From Asterias rubens (Eukaryota), in NCBI RefSeq assembly GCF_902459465.1, contig NC_047064.1:18476001-18540000 (forward strand): DNA of 64,000 nucleotides, written 5' to 3'. Positions 1 through 13,547 of this stretch are shown piece after piece. A model generated the notes under the pieces. That model saw nothing but the letters and a program-made list of their open reading frames with translations. It made no database searches and had not been told where the DNA came from. How positions within the stretch are numbered: the stretch's first letter is position 1; every line of letters begins with the position of its first letter. The position numbers and the translations under genes were made by a program.

Positions 1-3000
1 CCAATTGTGCTCAAATTTTTACAGCTTTGTTATTTTATGCATATGTTGAGATACACCAAGTGAGAAGAGTAGTCTTTGACAAGAAATCATGAGCGGGAAA
101 AAAAAAGAGTCGGGAGAATTCGGTCTGTCTTGTAGAGCAAAAATTTACCCTTTAGACTTGGGTGCTTTTTTCGATTCTGCGAAAACGAAAGTCAGAAATG
201 TTTAAATGTGCTCAAAATCCATAACTGATATTTTTGGTGTTTTCTCCAAAAAATACGACCATCAAATTTGATGATATTTTTCACATGTTGGCAGATGGTT
301 TGTTTAATGAGAATAGCACGGTGGACCAGTGATGTATCATAAACAGTGTGTGTGTTTTTGTGTCTCGGGCCTCATACTTTGGTCTTGTGAGGTGTAGGCA
401 GCTCAACCTCTTGGTGAATGGTGTGAGTTCGAATCCCACCAAGTAATATGCCTGTCATTTTTTTTTCACAGAACTCGGGAAGTACTGGGTGAACAGTGCT
501 AACATACATCGTTAACCAAAATAAATATTCATCTTTAAGTGTTGTGATCAAGTACTGACAATACAATTAAGACAAAAACTCTCTGTACACATGTCTCCTA
601 ACTAAGCATGCCCCCCACCCACCACCATTCCCTTATTAAAAATATACAAGATAAACAAAGTTGTCCAGAAGCATATATAGTCGTACAAAATGCATGTGAA
701 AATATTATCGTTTGAAGGGATATGAAAACTGCACAAAGTTGAAGTTGAATTTTATAAACATAAGTCTGTGTGAAGAAGTAGTTCAATCTTTTTGGACAAA
801 AGAAAAATGATTTTGAGCACAAAATGATTTTGTAAAGGCAAATATTGCATGCTGGTTTTGTATACAAATTTGTGTCATCTTCAACAGTGTGTGCCGAATC
901 TGATGCACGACTTTTGTAAAACAATAAATATTGAAAAAATAACTCGTACAAAGTTTTTAAGTAAATCAGTAAATCAGCGGTAAATCTTTTGCTCTTTTAG
1001 TTGGAGACTGTGTGTACGAAAAACATAGAATTATATAAAAATGGGCAAGCCTAATTTTCTACATCTTGAATGTGGATTCCATACATGTCACTGGTTTCAT
1101 CTAAAGGCACGACACATTTGATATTGACTCAAAATATTAGCATAACAATTTATTTGGCATCGAGCAACGGAGAGCTGTTGATGTGAGAATAGACTCCCTC
1201 GGAAGTAACATAGTTTTGGTGTAAGAGGTTATTTCCCACTAAAGCTGAACTGAAGGCACACGAATATGTGCAAACTACCTTCACTACTGTCTTACAACTT
1301 CAATGACCAATTGAGCTTGAATTTTCACCAATTTGTTGGTTTATGCATTTGTTGGGATACATGAAGCGATAAAACTGGTCTTGGACATTTTACCAAATGT
1401 GTCCAGGGGACGATTTCACAAAGAACTTGGGACTAGTCCTAAGAGATATTACAAACTTACGGCTCGTCTTAACACTTTGTGAAATCCACCCCAGTGCCTT
1501 AAACATCAGCACTTTTTACTCCAAAAGAGCTTTTGGATTCAGCAAAATCAGGTTTTTTTCCCCGGGTTTTCAAGCTACATGTATGTAAGTTTATATGAAT
1601 ATTTATTAGTGGCGTAGTGGAAGTGTTTATAAGCTGAGTTTACACATGAACTGTTTATATAGCTGGCAACAAATATAATCTAAAACAGAAAAAGAACTTT
1701 TTGCACATTTTAAATATTTTTCACACATTTGCAGCGGAGGGTTGGACTTTTTCAAAACATTTTCGTACTTGAAAGAAAATATAATTTTTTGGAAGATCAT
1801 TCTCTGGCCGTTGTTTTTTGTACTAAGAGCTGTAAAAAGTTATTTTGTGATATATAAGCTGATATATTATTCAAATTACATAAATTGTCAGATATTCTGG
1901 AGGGGAGAACACAAATTATTTGGATTTTCACCTTTTCACTACAAATTTGATATCCGCAGAAATTTCTGTTTACAGAAGTTGTCAGAAAATATTTTTTGAT
2001 ATTATTATGATTGAAATGTACAAAATATGAAGTTCTGAACGCTAGACTCGTTTCATCTAACATGAAGAGAAAAGTTACATGTTGAAACTATACAAGAGCT
2101 GCTTCGAGGGCAGTTGCTGGGAAACAGGGTCAGCCAAGAAATTGTTTTCCCTAACAGTCAATTTGGTACTTTATGTTATTTGGTTTGGTGATTGTGAGAG
2201 AAGAGTTGTAGCAATGGATCAAGCTGTTATATAGCTGACTAAACATAGCTTACGTAATCATCATATGTCACACTGTCAAACATTGGACCTTCTACAACAA
2301 ACCACCAACTCCGTGAACCAAGTCAAGGATTTCAATTAATTTTCTCCTTCAAAAAAATTATGATGTACTCCCGTGAATGGTTTCTTTTTTGCAGGAGCGT
2401 CTTTAAGAGAATACGTTCAGATTTCATAGGATATAAAAACCAAGCCACTAAACTATGTGCGACTAAATTGATCTTGAAGACAAACTCTTACTCACAAGAT
2501 GGTCCTTTCCGTACACTTACTCTTTCATTATTCTCTGGTTACTTTAATGACCAATTGAGTTTAAATTTTTACAAATTTGTTATTTTATGAACATGTTAAG
2601 AAACACCACAGTGAGAATACTGGTCTTTGACAATAAGGTGTCCTGAGTGCTTTAAAGCCAACACACTGAAGCTTATAGGTGCATTCTTTGGTCTGTATCA
2701 ACTTGAGCGGCGAAATGCAGTGTTTAGAGGGGCTACTCTTAGTGCCGAGTAGACAAAATTTAAAATCAATGCAATTATTTTAGTATTTATTATCTTGTAT
2801 AAAATGAGTTTTTCGTGGCGGGATAGCAATTATGTAAAGCATTATCTAAGAAGTCTTTGAAGGAGAAAATTTAAAATATGTAAAGAAGATTCAAGTCTAA
2901 TTTACAGCCTCCAAAAAAATATAGATATTTAACTGCCCCCCCCCCCCACCCCCCTTTACCATTCGTTTTATTGTTCACAAGCGGGGGTAATTGTTTGTGA

Positions 3001-6000
3001 CTCTAAAATAATTACAGGGCGCTATGTTCTTGTTTTGAGGGGGTAAAGCTCTTCTTTTTTTCTTATCTGAGTTTTATGCCTGTGTAAAATCGGTAATGCT
3101 AATAATGTTTTTGTTTTAAACCCATGAAGGTATTGTTATGTTAATAACGATGTTCTTGATCACCAGGTACTATTTGCCAACAAGCAAGAGAAAGGAATTC
3201 CGAAAATAAACATCTAAAAAAATAGATGCACAAAAAATAATAACAATAATTCCTGCTTCTTGGCACTTTCTTTTGGGGCCAAATTTTTCCAGAAGCTCCT
3301 TTAATAAGTAAAGCTTCGCCAGAACAAGTCTTAGTTATCTTTCATGAAAGTTACTGATAGATATTTGCTTAGCAGATTAAACTGGGCCCAATTTGGTGAA
3401 GCCTCTCAGCACAAAGCTTGCTTTTAAACAGCACAGAAAAGTATTGCTTAGCAGAATAAGGTTACCAGCATTGTTGGGACTGGTGCCTCACTCAATAATA
3501 TTTGCTTAGCAAAGAAACTTGGCAGTAATTTGGGCACAGTGCGCACAACTTTCTTGCTTAGCATCTTAAGGAAGATGGGCTCGCGAATCTGCGGAAGGTT
3601 CGAGGACTGTGTCTCTTGACTCAAGCGAAAAGAAAAAGGAGAAGAAAAACAAATGGGGGAAATGTACATTAATCAAATTGATTGCAATTTACCTTCCTTG
3701 TATATTTTATACTATTAGTGTCAGTGCTTAAAAATCATGGCATTATTATAATATTATGTAAAATACTCACTTTAATTTATTAACCGATGTCGGAGAACAT
3801 TTTTTCGCATTTAATGTGAGAGTTCTGCATTGATGACAGTTATATATGTTTGTATATAGATACAAAATAACAAATAATATTAATTACCAATAAATGTCTG
3901 TTGATTAGAATTGCCTGTGGGGTTGTGAAAATAACTGAGCTGCTGAGCTTTTCTTAATTCAATGGGTTTGTGTTCCGCAATGCTCCATACTTGGTCCCTT
4001 TTGAAATCAATTATGAGGTTTACACAAACTGTTCCCTTTGTACGATGTGCTTACTCTGTGGACATTCACGCCGCAGATCAAGTTTAAGATTTAAGAACGA
4101 GTTTGAACTTGACTGTAAGCAAAATAATTGGTGCTTTTTGAAACGGAGAATCCCATGCTTAAGTCAAGCATTATTTGAAACATAATTTTAAACATTGTCA
4201 TGTGCTACAAACCAAAGGAAAACATACACAAATATTATATAATGTGAAAGTATTTATTTATTATGATAGTTGTAATCTTGACAACTTGTATACAAATTAC
4301 CTTACATTGATGTAGGCAACCCAAACAACAATACAGTGTGTGTTTAAAAGAAGTTGAAGAAAGCAACAACTGACCCTCAAAACTCGAGGGAATCACATAG
4401 TTAAACAAGCATACTTTCCTGTCTATCTGAAAAAAGGGAATCAAACAAATTGATCATTTCTAAGAGGATGCCTTTTTTTACTGAAAGCACGCATGTTTGT
4501 TTGTAGCTATCCATGGAATGTTAATGCTAAACATCTGAGTAAGTAGCAAAAAGTCATTCATTTCTTTTGTCAAGTATTCCGTGGACAGCTTGCAAAATAG
4601 ACATAACTCTTAGGAATGATCAAATTTCTTTCATTCTATTTTTCTAATAAGCAGGAGAGAGTGCTTGCTAAATATATGTTTTACTGAACGTTTGAGTTTC
4701 ATTTGTTTGTTCTTGAAAAAAAAAATCACCAATCCCGGTCAACTTAGTTTTGACTAGCCTTGTATAGGTGTGATATACCTGCTGCATGGGTTACAAACGG
4801 CTTTCCTTCTCCCCATCCCCATGAGCCAAACCGTTAGAGAATAACAGTTGCAGCAGCTCAGTGATATTATTAACAACCTCTTATACCGTTAATTTTAATC
4901 TATTAGGCTGTTATTAATTTTTAATGTGCTATTTTTGTATAAGAAAGGACATCATTTTTGTGTGAAAGCTTCCTGTCATTGTTTCTATACATGTATGACT
5001 CATAAAACATAGCATTCAAGTATGAACAACAAGAGTAGTGTTGCTTGTCTGAGTTTTATTTGGTGTGTGAAATTGTCTCCAATGATAGGCTTCTGTAAAG
5101 ATCAAACAAAGTAAATGCTCAACATAACAACCACAAAAGGTTTAAGAAATTGCAACAAACAAAATAAGAAGAAAAGTTCAAAACGTACTACTAATTGCTC
5201 AAATAAAACACAGAAGATCCTCTGGAAAAAAATGAAGAAGTTAGGTCTACTGTGATACCCCCCCCCCCCCCCCAAAAAAAAAAAAAAAAAAAAAAGAAGA
5301 GTCTTGTGGATTCTGTTTTCAACTTTTGGGGAGTCTTTAAAAGTTTTTTTTTGTAGTTTTTTTTTCTTGGCTTGAGAAGTGCTCTTCATGAAAATTTCGG
5401 GACAATTTCAGGGTTTTCTTCCGGGTGTTCAAGCAAACGGCTGACCTGCCAAATGAGAGAGAGAGAAAAGTCAGGGGTTCAAGTTGTTCAAAAAATATAT
5501 TTGGTTGGTTTTTAAGAGGCTTGTTTTTAGGGGTATTGTTTTTGTATTTGTTTAGTGTCGTGCATCAATGGGTGAACTGATAGATAATGCAAAAAGAAAT
5601 TATCGCCATCAAAATCAAAATAATTTGTAAAACTTTTTGGGGGCCGTTCATGTATACAGATAGATTTTGTTATTGTGAACACCGACGGGCAATCGAGCTG
5701 CGCTCAACTCTTTGGAGACGTGAATATGCTTTAACATAGGTCCTATTTGGCTACCGAAGTTGATAAATATCAAGTGATTCGGCGAAAACTTGCAGCAAAC
5801 CTGTTTGGAAGAAAAAGCACGTTTTCAAATTTCGGGGTTTTTTTTCTGTGGGATATTTAGTGTAAAAAAAAAAGAAGGCTGACAGACCCTGCCTAAAATT
5901 GAAAGAAATGCAAAGGTATCCGGAAATGTGTTAGTGTTTGGTTTTCAAGAAACCGAGAGTTACAGAATTTGAAACAAAAACTGTGAAGATCACAGATGGG

Positions 6001-6703
6001 TATAGTAGAAAACATCCCTTGAAACATTTCTGTCTGAAATGTCATATTTGATGAGAAATAAATAAAACTAATTTCGCGTTTGGAGTTTATCGCTCAGTGA
6101 GCGTTTTATTCGTTTTTATTTTGGCATCAATGCAATGCAAACAATTTAATCGGTTTTGCACTATTCTCTCGTGACCATGGCCGATCGATCTCAAACTTCT
6201 TCAGGAAGTTCAGGTTTGTCAGTTTATGCATAATATGGTGTATTATACACTACCATCATCAGTGTTTTGTTAGCAAAAACCAATTCTGTAATGTTCCTTT
6301 AAAAAAAGTTTTTTTTTTTAAGTATTAATTTAGATTTTTTTTCACAATAGCCGCGTTTACTGGTTTCTGCGGGAGCTTAGGAGTGTTGGATGAGATTTAT
6401 AGAAGCAATCATCCATCAAAACAAAAAATGTACCAAAGCGCCACCTGTTGTTGACTATTTTCTTCAGTCTGGCTTCAAGCTCATGTACTCAGCGTCTTTT
6501 GTTGGGGTAAAACCTAGACACGTTGTTATTGTGCAGCGAGCTCGGCCGCTGGCGCGCCATATTCACACGTGCTTCAACTACTTATCTACATCACTCTCAC
6601 ACACTGACTGTGTATTAAACTGTGTGACAGCGGATACCTGAACTTCTTCAGAAGTGACATTCTTAAATCAATATTTCTTCGTTATCTCACCGGATTTTAA
6701 ATC

Positions 6704-6725
6704 ATGGCAGCAAGTGGTGAAATTG
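6704..6725 (+). CDS. ATIC: ATIC/PurH exon 1 (MAASGEI-A)
   Basis: ATG GCA GCA AGT GGT GAA ATT G|GTAAGA. The phase-1 donor matches the phase-1 acceptor at 8306 and parallels human MAPGQL-A exon 1. Confidence 0.8.
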
Positions 6726-7097
6726 GTAAGAACTGATTTTGTTCCTATTATTCAAGTTGTGACTATGGTATTATTATTATTAATATTTGAATATTGTATG
6801 ACATTTACCATGATAATTATGTTCGGTCTGGCCGCCCACCCGATGGATGGTGGTACGGTAGCCCCATAAATCGGTCCAATCCACTCCGTATCCTTGGCCC
6901 CAGCACCACTGATATCAAAACCTTTCGCTTCCTTGAAATAGGTCCTATCTAATTTAATTTGTTTGTATAATGTCGTAAAAATCAGACATTTTGCATGTCC
7001 ATTTGTTGGGGGATTTGGCAGTTTGTGGGAGGTGTGATGGACCCCAATTAAAAATCAAACCACGTTGTTAATGTTATTGTAAAATATAGGACAAATC

Positions 7098-7297
7098 CAA
7101 CTTAATAAATGAATTTTCTATGAAACACAGCCAATACTCTTGTAATTTTCGTTTACGTTTTTACTACATGTAGCAATTCTAGTTTCACTAGTCATCCTCA
7201 GATCAGAACAAGGCACCACCAGTGAAACTAGTCGAAACATAAACGAAAATTACGTGAGTATTGGCTGTGTTTCGTAGAAAATTCATTTATTAAGTTG
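7098..7297. mobile_element. Palindromic element with degenerate hammerhead centre in ATIC intron 1
   Basis: Inverted arms CAACTTAATAAATGAATTTTC...; centre CTGAGGATGACTAG on - and CTAGTCGAAAC on +; direct repeat ATATAGGACAAATCCA near 7084 and 7330. Confidence 0.55.
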
Positions 7298-8305
7298 ATA
7301 TTTTACCAGCCTGATGAACTTCTTTCATGATATAGGACAAATCCACTTCATCGTGTTCATTTCCTAAAATTGTATCGTATCATTGTCATAATAGCCCTTA
7401 CAGACCTACCAAGTCTCATGCATTAGCCGTGAGACTCATGCATTTGGGCTCTGTCTCACGCTCACACGCACAGCAACCATTGTCTCACGCATTGGGGCCA
7501 GACCGGGAAAAAAATAAAAATTAACGACAATGCATTGCCAAATTGCGCTCATGTGTACAAAAAACGCAAGGAGGTGGAGGGGGGGGGGGGGGGGGGGTGG
7601 TGAGCTTTGAAAAATCTCACGCAAAGCTGGCCTCTGGACTTGGCATCTCTGCCCTAACTCCTACCTAGTAGAACTATGTGGTTTGGTTCCGCTATCTTTA
7701 CTGGAGAGACGATAGCGGAACAAAACCGCATAGTTCTAGGAGTAGATAGCCCTACGTATTTATATTTATTTATGGGGCTAGGGTGGGGCAGAAGGAAGCG
7801 GGTCAAAAATATTATAATTATTTTTATTGTTTATTTATTGTTTGTACTTATTATTTATTATTTTTATTATTATTTTGTTTGTATATCTAGGTATGCAGCA
7901 TTCAATGTAAGACTCTGAATTTAATTTTTACTATTTATTTGATAGTTTCGGATCAAGTTTTGGGACTCTCTGAAATTAACTTCCGGATATACCTCATCAG
8001 ACAAAATGCACATTATCACTCTCTTCCAGCAGAAACTTCAAATACACTTGTTCATTAGTGTTAGTATCAATATAAACCACAAGGGAAACTGACTGGGTAA
8101 ATTTTTGAAATGATTTGGTCCATTCTTTGTTCAACCCCTAAATCATTTTAATATTAATAAACGGCATTTTATTCAGTTCATTCATGCTTGCTTTCCAACA
8201 TCTTGACAATACTTTAACTCAATCTTTAATTTTTTCCAGACGGGCACCTTGGAATGTTTTCGGTAAAGTGCGCCTTATTATTATTATTTGTTACTTCGTC
8301 CACAG

Positions 8306-8432
8306 CACTTTTAAGTGTCTCCAATAAGACCGGACTGATTGATTTTGCAAAGCGTCTCCATGCTCTGGGGCTGCATCTTGTTGCGTCTGGAGGGACGGCC
8401 AAAGCAATCAAGGATGCTGGGATTCCGGTCAG
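8306..8432 (+). CDS. ATIC: ATIC exon 2 ([42 protein letters not shown])
   Basis: cacag| ... |gtgagg, 127 nt; PurH IMP cyclohydrolase N-terminus with SGGT motif. Confidence 0.97.
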
Positions 8433-8519
8433 GTGAGGTTTTATATACATGTATAGCGCTTTTTAACAGCCCTAAAGGGGCATATCAAAGTGCACAGGGT
8501 GTCATCATGGCCGTGTGGT

Positions 8520-8901
8520 TAAAGACAGTTGACACTATTGGTAGTTGTCAAAGACTAGTCTACACAGTTGGTGTATCTCAACATATGCATAAAATAACAA
8601 ACCTGTAAAAATTTGAGCTCAATCGGTTGTCGAAGTTGCGAGATAATGAAAGAAAAAACACCCTCCGTCACACGAATTTGTGTGCTTTCTGATGCTTGAT
8701 TTCGAGACCTCAAGTTCTAAACTTGAGGTCTCAAAATCAAATTCGTGGAAAATTACTGATTTCTAGAAAACTACATCATTTCAGAGGGAGCTGTTTTTCA
8801 CAATGTTTTATACTATCAACCTCTCCCCATTACTGGTAATCAAGAAAGGTTTTATGATGATAGTTATTTTGAGTCATTACCAATAGTGTCCACTGCCTTT
8901 A
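8520..8901. mobile_element. Kolobok-like repeat family (further full or partial copies ~13601-13920, 37755-37860, 41843-41965, 42750-42990, 62245-62610)
   Basis: TTAAAGACA(C/G)T(G/T)GACAC ... GTGTCCACTGCCTTTAA termini and a shared internal sequence. Confidence 0.65.
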
Positions 8902-9885
8902 AGAGCATCAAATTCAAGTATGGGTGGTTCAGTCACTTGAGTGTTGGTTTGAATCCCGGTCATGACGCTTGTTTCCTTGAGCAAGATACTTTACTATGAT
9001 TGCCTCTCTTCACCCAGGGGTATAAATGGGTACCTGGGAGGGTACAGGTTGATATTGAGAATGAAAAAGCCTTTGGAGCACTGGAAAACAGTAGCCCAGG
9101 TTGTATACTCCCCATAAGAATGAATAAAGGGATGCTATAATTATAAGAGTTTGTTGGTATTATTATTATTTTCCGGCAAGGTATGTGGAGCTACGATTTA
9201 AAGTATGACACCCATTCCTTTACAGCTAGCATCGTGCAATGGTTTACAAGGTGCTGTGATGCAATATGCAGCCAATCAAACCAGGAACACTGGGGCGAAC
9301 CCCTTTCTCTTTCGATAATTGCACTGAGTTCACAACACATGGGACCAATGGCTTTCTGTTACACCCGAAGGGCGAAGCAAATGGTTAAGTGTCTTGCTTT
9401 TTAAAGGACACAAGTGTCACGACTTGGACTCGAACACACACTCTGCCGAACAGAAACACCAGAATATAAGTTCGGTGCTCTTATCTGCTCGGCAATGACA
9501 CTTACTTCCTTCTACAATTTCCATGGCTACTATTGAAAGCTGCTGTAGACTTCATTCTAACCAAATATTTTTTTTATAAAGGGTTGGTTCTGATTAGACC
9601 TCTCGGGCCTGGAATTGGAGGCAGGCCACGGAGGCTATGGGTTTGGCCTTGGTGCCCCTTCAAAGGTTTCCCAGTGACTCTTAAGGTTATCCAATTGAAG
9701 TGCCCTTTGCAAAATGAAAAGTGCCTTGCCCTTTCAAAGATGAAAGTTCCAAGTCAGTCTGACCTGTACCAATCTTCTCTCAGATTGAAATTGGTAATTT
9801 TGAGTGGTCTGGTGAATGTGGAACATATTTTTGTTTGGTGAAAATGCTCATGAACGTTTACTTCTTGTCTTTTTTCCTGCTTTAG

Positions 9886-9962
9886 TGATGTGGCCTCTGT
9901 GACTGGAGCTCCAGAAATGCTTGGTGGGCGTGTGAAGACCCTACACCCTGCTGTACATGCTG
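9886..9962 (+). CDS. ATIC: ATIC exon 3 ([26 protein letters not shown])
   Basis: tttag| ... |gttagt, 77 nt; signature GRVKTLHP. Confidence 0.97.
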
Positions 9963-9986
9963 GTTAGTAGCGCTCAGGGTTGTAGC

Positions 9987-10260
9987 TTGACCAATTTTCA
10001 GCGATGTAATTTCTCTGTTTTTAATCGGAATTTCTTTTCTTTCTTTTTGCCCTAAAAAAATAGAACGCCGGTTTTGTTGACCAATTTTCAGCGATGTAAT
10101 TTCTCTGTTTTTAATCGGAATTTTTTTTCTTTCTTTTTGCCCTAAAAAAAATAGAACGCCGGTTTTGTTGACCAATTTTCAGCGTTGTGATTTCTCTGTT
10201 TTTAATCGGAATTTCTTTTCTTTTTTTGCCCTAAAAAAAAACAGAACTTCTGGTTTTGTT
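9987..10260. repeat. ~90-bp tandem repeat x3 in an ATIC intron
   Basis: TTGACCAATTTTCAGCG unit starts at 9987, 10077 and 10168. Confidence 0.85.
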
Positions 10261-10766
10261 TGACGCCACCCCACCCCACCCCCCCTAATTTAAAAGGGGT
10301 TAAAGATCAAATTCATAAAAGAATGAACATAAAATCGTATAACAACACCCCAAATAGCAAAGTAGGGCTTTTAAACCAAAGAAAAAATGTTCATGCTCGT
10401 AAGTTTTCAAGCTCGCAAGCTTTCGCGCTTTGCCCCTAGAGTTCTGGTTTTCTTCTCCATAGCCTATCACATCCCTGAATTTAGTGGCGAGCAATAAATC
10501 AAATTTGTTAGAAGTTAGGGGAGTATACAGCCTGGGCAACAAATAAGCTACTAAACTAAGCTAAAACAATCGCTAGAACCGTCTCTGTCCTCACAGGTAC
10601 CCATTAAACCCTGAGTGGAGTGAAGCAATTTTTGGAGTATTTCGCTCAGGGACACAATTGTCACGATCAGGATGCGAAACCACACTCTGCTGATGGACAA
10701 AAAATTGAGATATTTCCTGGAGTGGTCATTAGTTCTTATCGGTCCTTCTTTCTGTTTGGTTTTCAG

Positions 10767-10833
10767 GCATTTTGTCCAGGAAGATAGAGCAAGATGTCGC
10801 TGATATGAACCAACAAGGCTTTCAGTTTGTCCG
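10767..10833 (+). CDS. ATIC: ATIC exon 4 (GILSRKIEQDVADMNQQGFQFVR)
   Basis: tttcag| ... |gtacgt, 67 nt; phases consistent with neighbouring exons. Confidence 0.93.
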
Positions 10834-11514
10834 GTACGTAATAGGTCTTGGAATTATTAAGCCAAATGGACTGCTAGTCAGTTTGTCAGGTACATGGACA
10901 TGGTGGAATAGGTCTTAGAGTTAGTAGTTTGAATGCACTGCTCGGACCAATTTCATGGCTCTGCTTACAGTAAGCACAGAATCGGCGCTTGCAGAAGCAG
11001 GGAATTCTGTGCTTAGGCTAAGCGTATTTCCTGGGTAGGGAATTTTGGCCTGTGCGCATGCGTACTCCACGTTTCTAGGCATTCTATGTTTACACAGCTA
11101 GTGCAGAAATTCTGCGCTTGTACGTATTGACCCATTTCACCTGACGTCCTCATCTGAAAAAATCTTGAATGCGCAATACTGGTGGGCAATTTCACTGTGC
11201 GTTTTTATTTAAAACTCTATGCTGTGCGTTATGCAGTGAAGTGCGCTTTTTAGGCGACATGGCGTTAATACACGTAAACCTAACTTGCCCACCAACATGG
11301 TGAGCGTGGCATCAGTCGCCGCGTGTGACGCGCGTGCAAGGGGTCAACAGAAGAATGGTGATGGCAAGCGTGGTAATCACTCCTGACATTCATTCTTTGG
11401 TTTTCCGTTTTTTTTTCGTTACCACAGTGGCATCTATGCTTTGAATGAAAAGTGTTGTGCAGCAAATAAAGTAGTGCTTTGAAATGATTAATTTTTTTTT
11501 TTATTTTCACAAAG

Positions 11515-11603
11515 ATTGGTTGCTTGTAATCTCTACCCATTCGAGTCGACCATCGCCGAACCGGATGTTACCGTGGCAACCGCTGTGGAGCAGATTGACA
11601 TTG
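11515..11603 (+). CDS. ATIC: ATIC exon 5 ([30 protein letters not shown])
   Basis: caaag| ... |gtgagt, 89 nt; NLYPF and EQIDIG motifs. Confidence 0.97.
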
Positions 11604-12112
11604 GTGAGTCTGAATGCAAGAATGAAGTGTTCTTTGTAAGCAAAACATAGGATTGGTAACCCCAAAACAAACACAAAAAACCCACTTGTTTTAATATTGA
11701 AACTCCATTTATAGATACTAGATCAGTAACAATCCCTCCAAAATGCTGTCAAATCCTTCCAGCAGAAAAAAGGAGAAAAAAACAAGTGTCACTGTTTTCA
11801 CTTTCAATTTGGTGGCAGCATGGAAATTGAGGCAAAATGAATGTACCTGAAAAAATTCAGAAGAGAATCAGTAATTTTTTTAATATTTATTATTACACTA
11901 AAACCTGAATCCCAGTAAAACATTGTTAAAAGTGATTCATGCCAATCTCTATGTTAACTGGTCAAGTAATATGCCTGTGATTTTTTTTACAAAACTCGGG
12001 AAAGTATTTAGTAGGCTATGCAGTGCTAACACACATCAGTGTATATGGATAAAACCAAAATGAATATTCTTTATCCCCGATGCAAACTTATTGTCTGTTG
12101 AATTTTGTTCAG

Positions 12113-12191
12113 GTGGCGTTACTTTGCTTCGTGCAGCAGCCAAGAACCATTCCAGGGTCACGGTGGTGTGTGACCCCAAAGACTATAACAG
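12113..12191 (+). CDS. ATIC: ATIC exon 6 ([27 protein letters not shown])
   Basis: ttcag| ... |gttagt, 79 nt; RAAAKN motif. Confidence 0.97.
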
Positions 12192-12319
12192 GTTAGTCAG
12201 ACAAACACAGGTCATTGGCCTTATACTAATTATGTTATCGGGCTAGGGACGACCTCTCTCAAGAGGTCAAAGGAAAAATGCTTTCTAGGGTCATGGCGGT
12301 GTCAAATAATTAGATCATT

Positions 12320-12627
12320 AAATGGTGTTTGAAGCTTTGCATTGTGTGGAGAATAAGAGCAACTATATAAATATGAATAGTAAACTTGCGGGTACAACCA
12401 TGGGTAAAAACTCTTTTGAAGGAGTGGTGGCTCTGAAAAGAGCCGGTTTGGTCTCGACGTTTCGAACAGTATACTTTGCTCGTCTTCAGGAGAAAGCAGA
12501 GTATACTGTTCGAAACATCGAGACCAAACCGGCTCTTTTCAGAGCCACTACTCCTTCAAAAGAGTTTTTACCCATGGTTGTACCCGCAAGTTTACTATTC
12601 ATATTTATATTTATAGTTGCTCTGAAG
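12320..12627. mobile_element. Palindromic Penelope-derived mini-element in an ATIC intron
   Basis: ~130-bp inverted arms, flanking direct repeat TAGATCATT, hammerhead motif at the centre; second copy at 32884-33205. Confidence 0.65.
12452..12493 (-). ncRNA. Minimal hammerhead ribozyme motif (GUC site)
   Basis: UCUC-CUGAAGA-C-GAGCA-AAGUAUAC-UGUUC-GAAA-CGUC/GAGA. Confidence 0.7.
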
Positions 12628-12981
12628 TAGATCATTGTCCTTATTTTACAATTTTTTATTTTTTTGATAATGAAAGTCCCATAAACCAGGCCAGAAGGCC
12701 ACTTCAAGTTGTGTGGGCTACAATCATTTATTTTTCCAGGGGTCGTTGCCCCCTACTCCTGGGGCTGAAACAGGGTTACCCCCCTTTACAGTCCTTATGG
12801 ATGTAGGCATGGGTATCATCAATCAGAAGCATGGCTGGTAGAGCAGAAAGCACTACCTCCCCAACTTTTACGAAGCAATCATGATTATAGTGTCTTGCTT
12901 TAAAGGACGCAAGTGTTTACAACCGGGACTCAAACCCGGCTCTGCTGAACAGGAACACCAGTGCTTGAATCTGGTGCTCCT

Positions 12982-13252
12982 CAGCAGCCGTTTTCACGAA
13001 ACTTTACGCAACTGCATAAGTCCACTTGCGCAACGTTCAATTCTCTTGGGCAACGCTCAATTCACTTGCGCAACATTCAATTCACTTGGGCAACGTTCAA
13101 TTCACTTGGGCAATGTTCAATGCACTTGGGCAATATTTAATTCACTTGCGCAATGTTCAATTCACTTGTGCAACGTTTATGGAGCAACTTGCGCCATAAA
13201 CGTTGCGCAAGTGGACTTACGCATGCGTAAAGTTTCGTGAAATCGGCTGCTG
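12982..13252. mobile_element. MITE with internal 21-bp tandem repeats
   Basis: TIRs CAGCAGCCGTTTTCACGAAACTTT / AAAGTTTCGTGAAATCGGCTGCTG. Confidence 0.7.
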
Positions 13253-13474
13253 GTCAATAGAGAAATGCTAATCACTAGCAAAACCTTGTTCATTTGAGGG
13301 TCGTTCTTTTTTATTTCCTCTCATAATGGTTCTGCCCCTTAAGTGGACTAGTGGTGCATGAGATATGTATATTTTGGTCTATTGAAAGGATTGTTTAACT
13401 TTTATCATGATTTGCGTGTTGATTACTAACTATTTTTTTTCGCATTCGCACGAATGATCGTAATTTTCTGACAG

Positions 13475-13547
13475 GGTTCTTCAAGAACTAGAAAGCAACC
13501 AGGACAAAGATACCGCACTAGAAACCAGACAACAGCTCGCTGTCAAG
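13475..13547 (+). CDS. ATIC: ATIC exon 7 (VLQELESNQDKDTALETRQQLAVK)
   Basis: gacag| ... |gtatgt, 73 nt; aligns with human ...KDTSLETRRQLALK. Confidence 0.93.

Noticed and set aside
8254-8305. ATG at 8254 as the ATIC start
   Set aside because: Lies in the intron upstream of a canonical acceptor; the exon at 6704-6725 gives the correct phase and a conserved N-terminus.
12322-12707. Similar short ORFs on both strands (also 32956-33258)
   Set aside because: Consequence of a palindromic mobile element, not genes.
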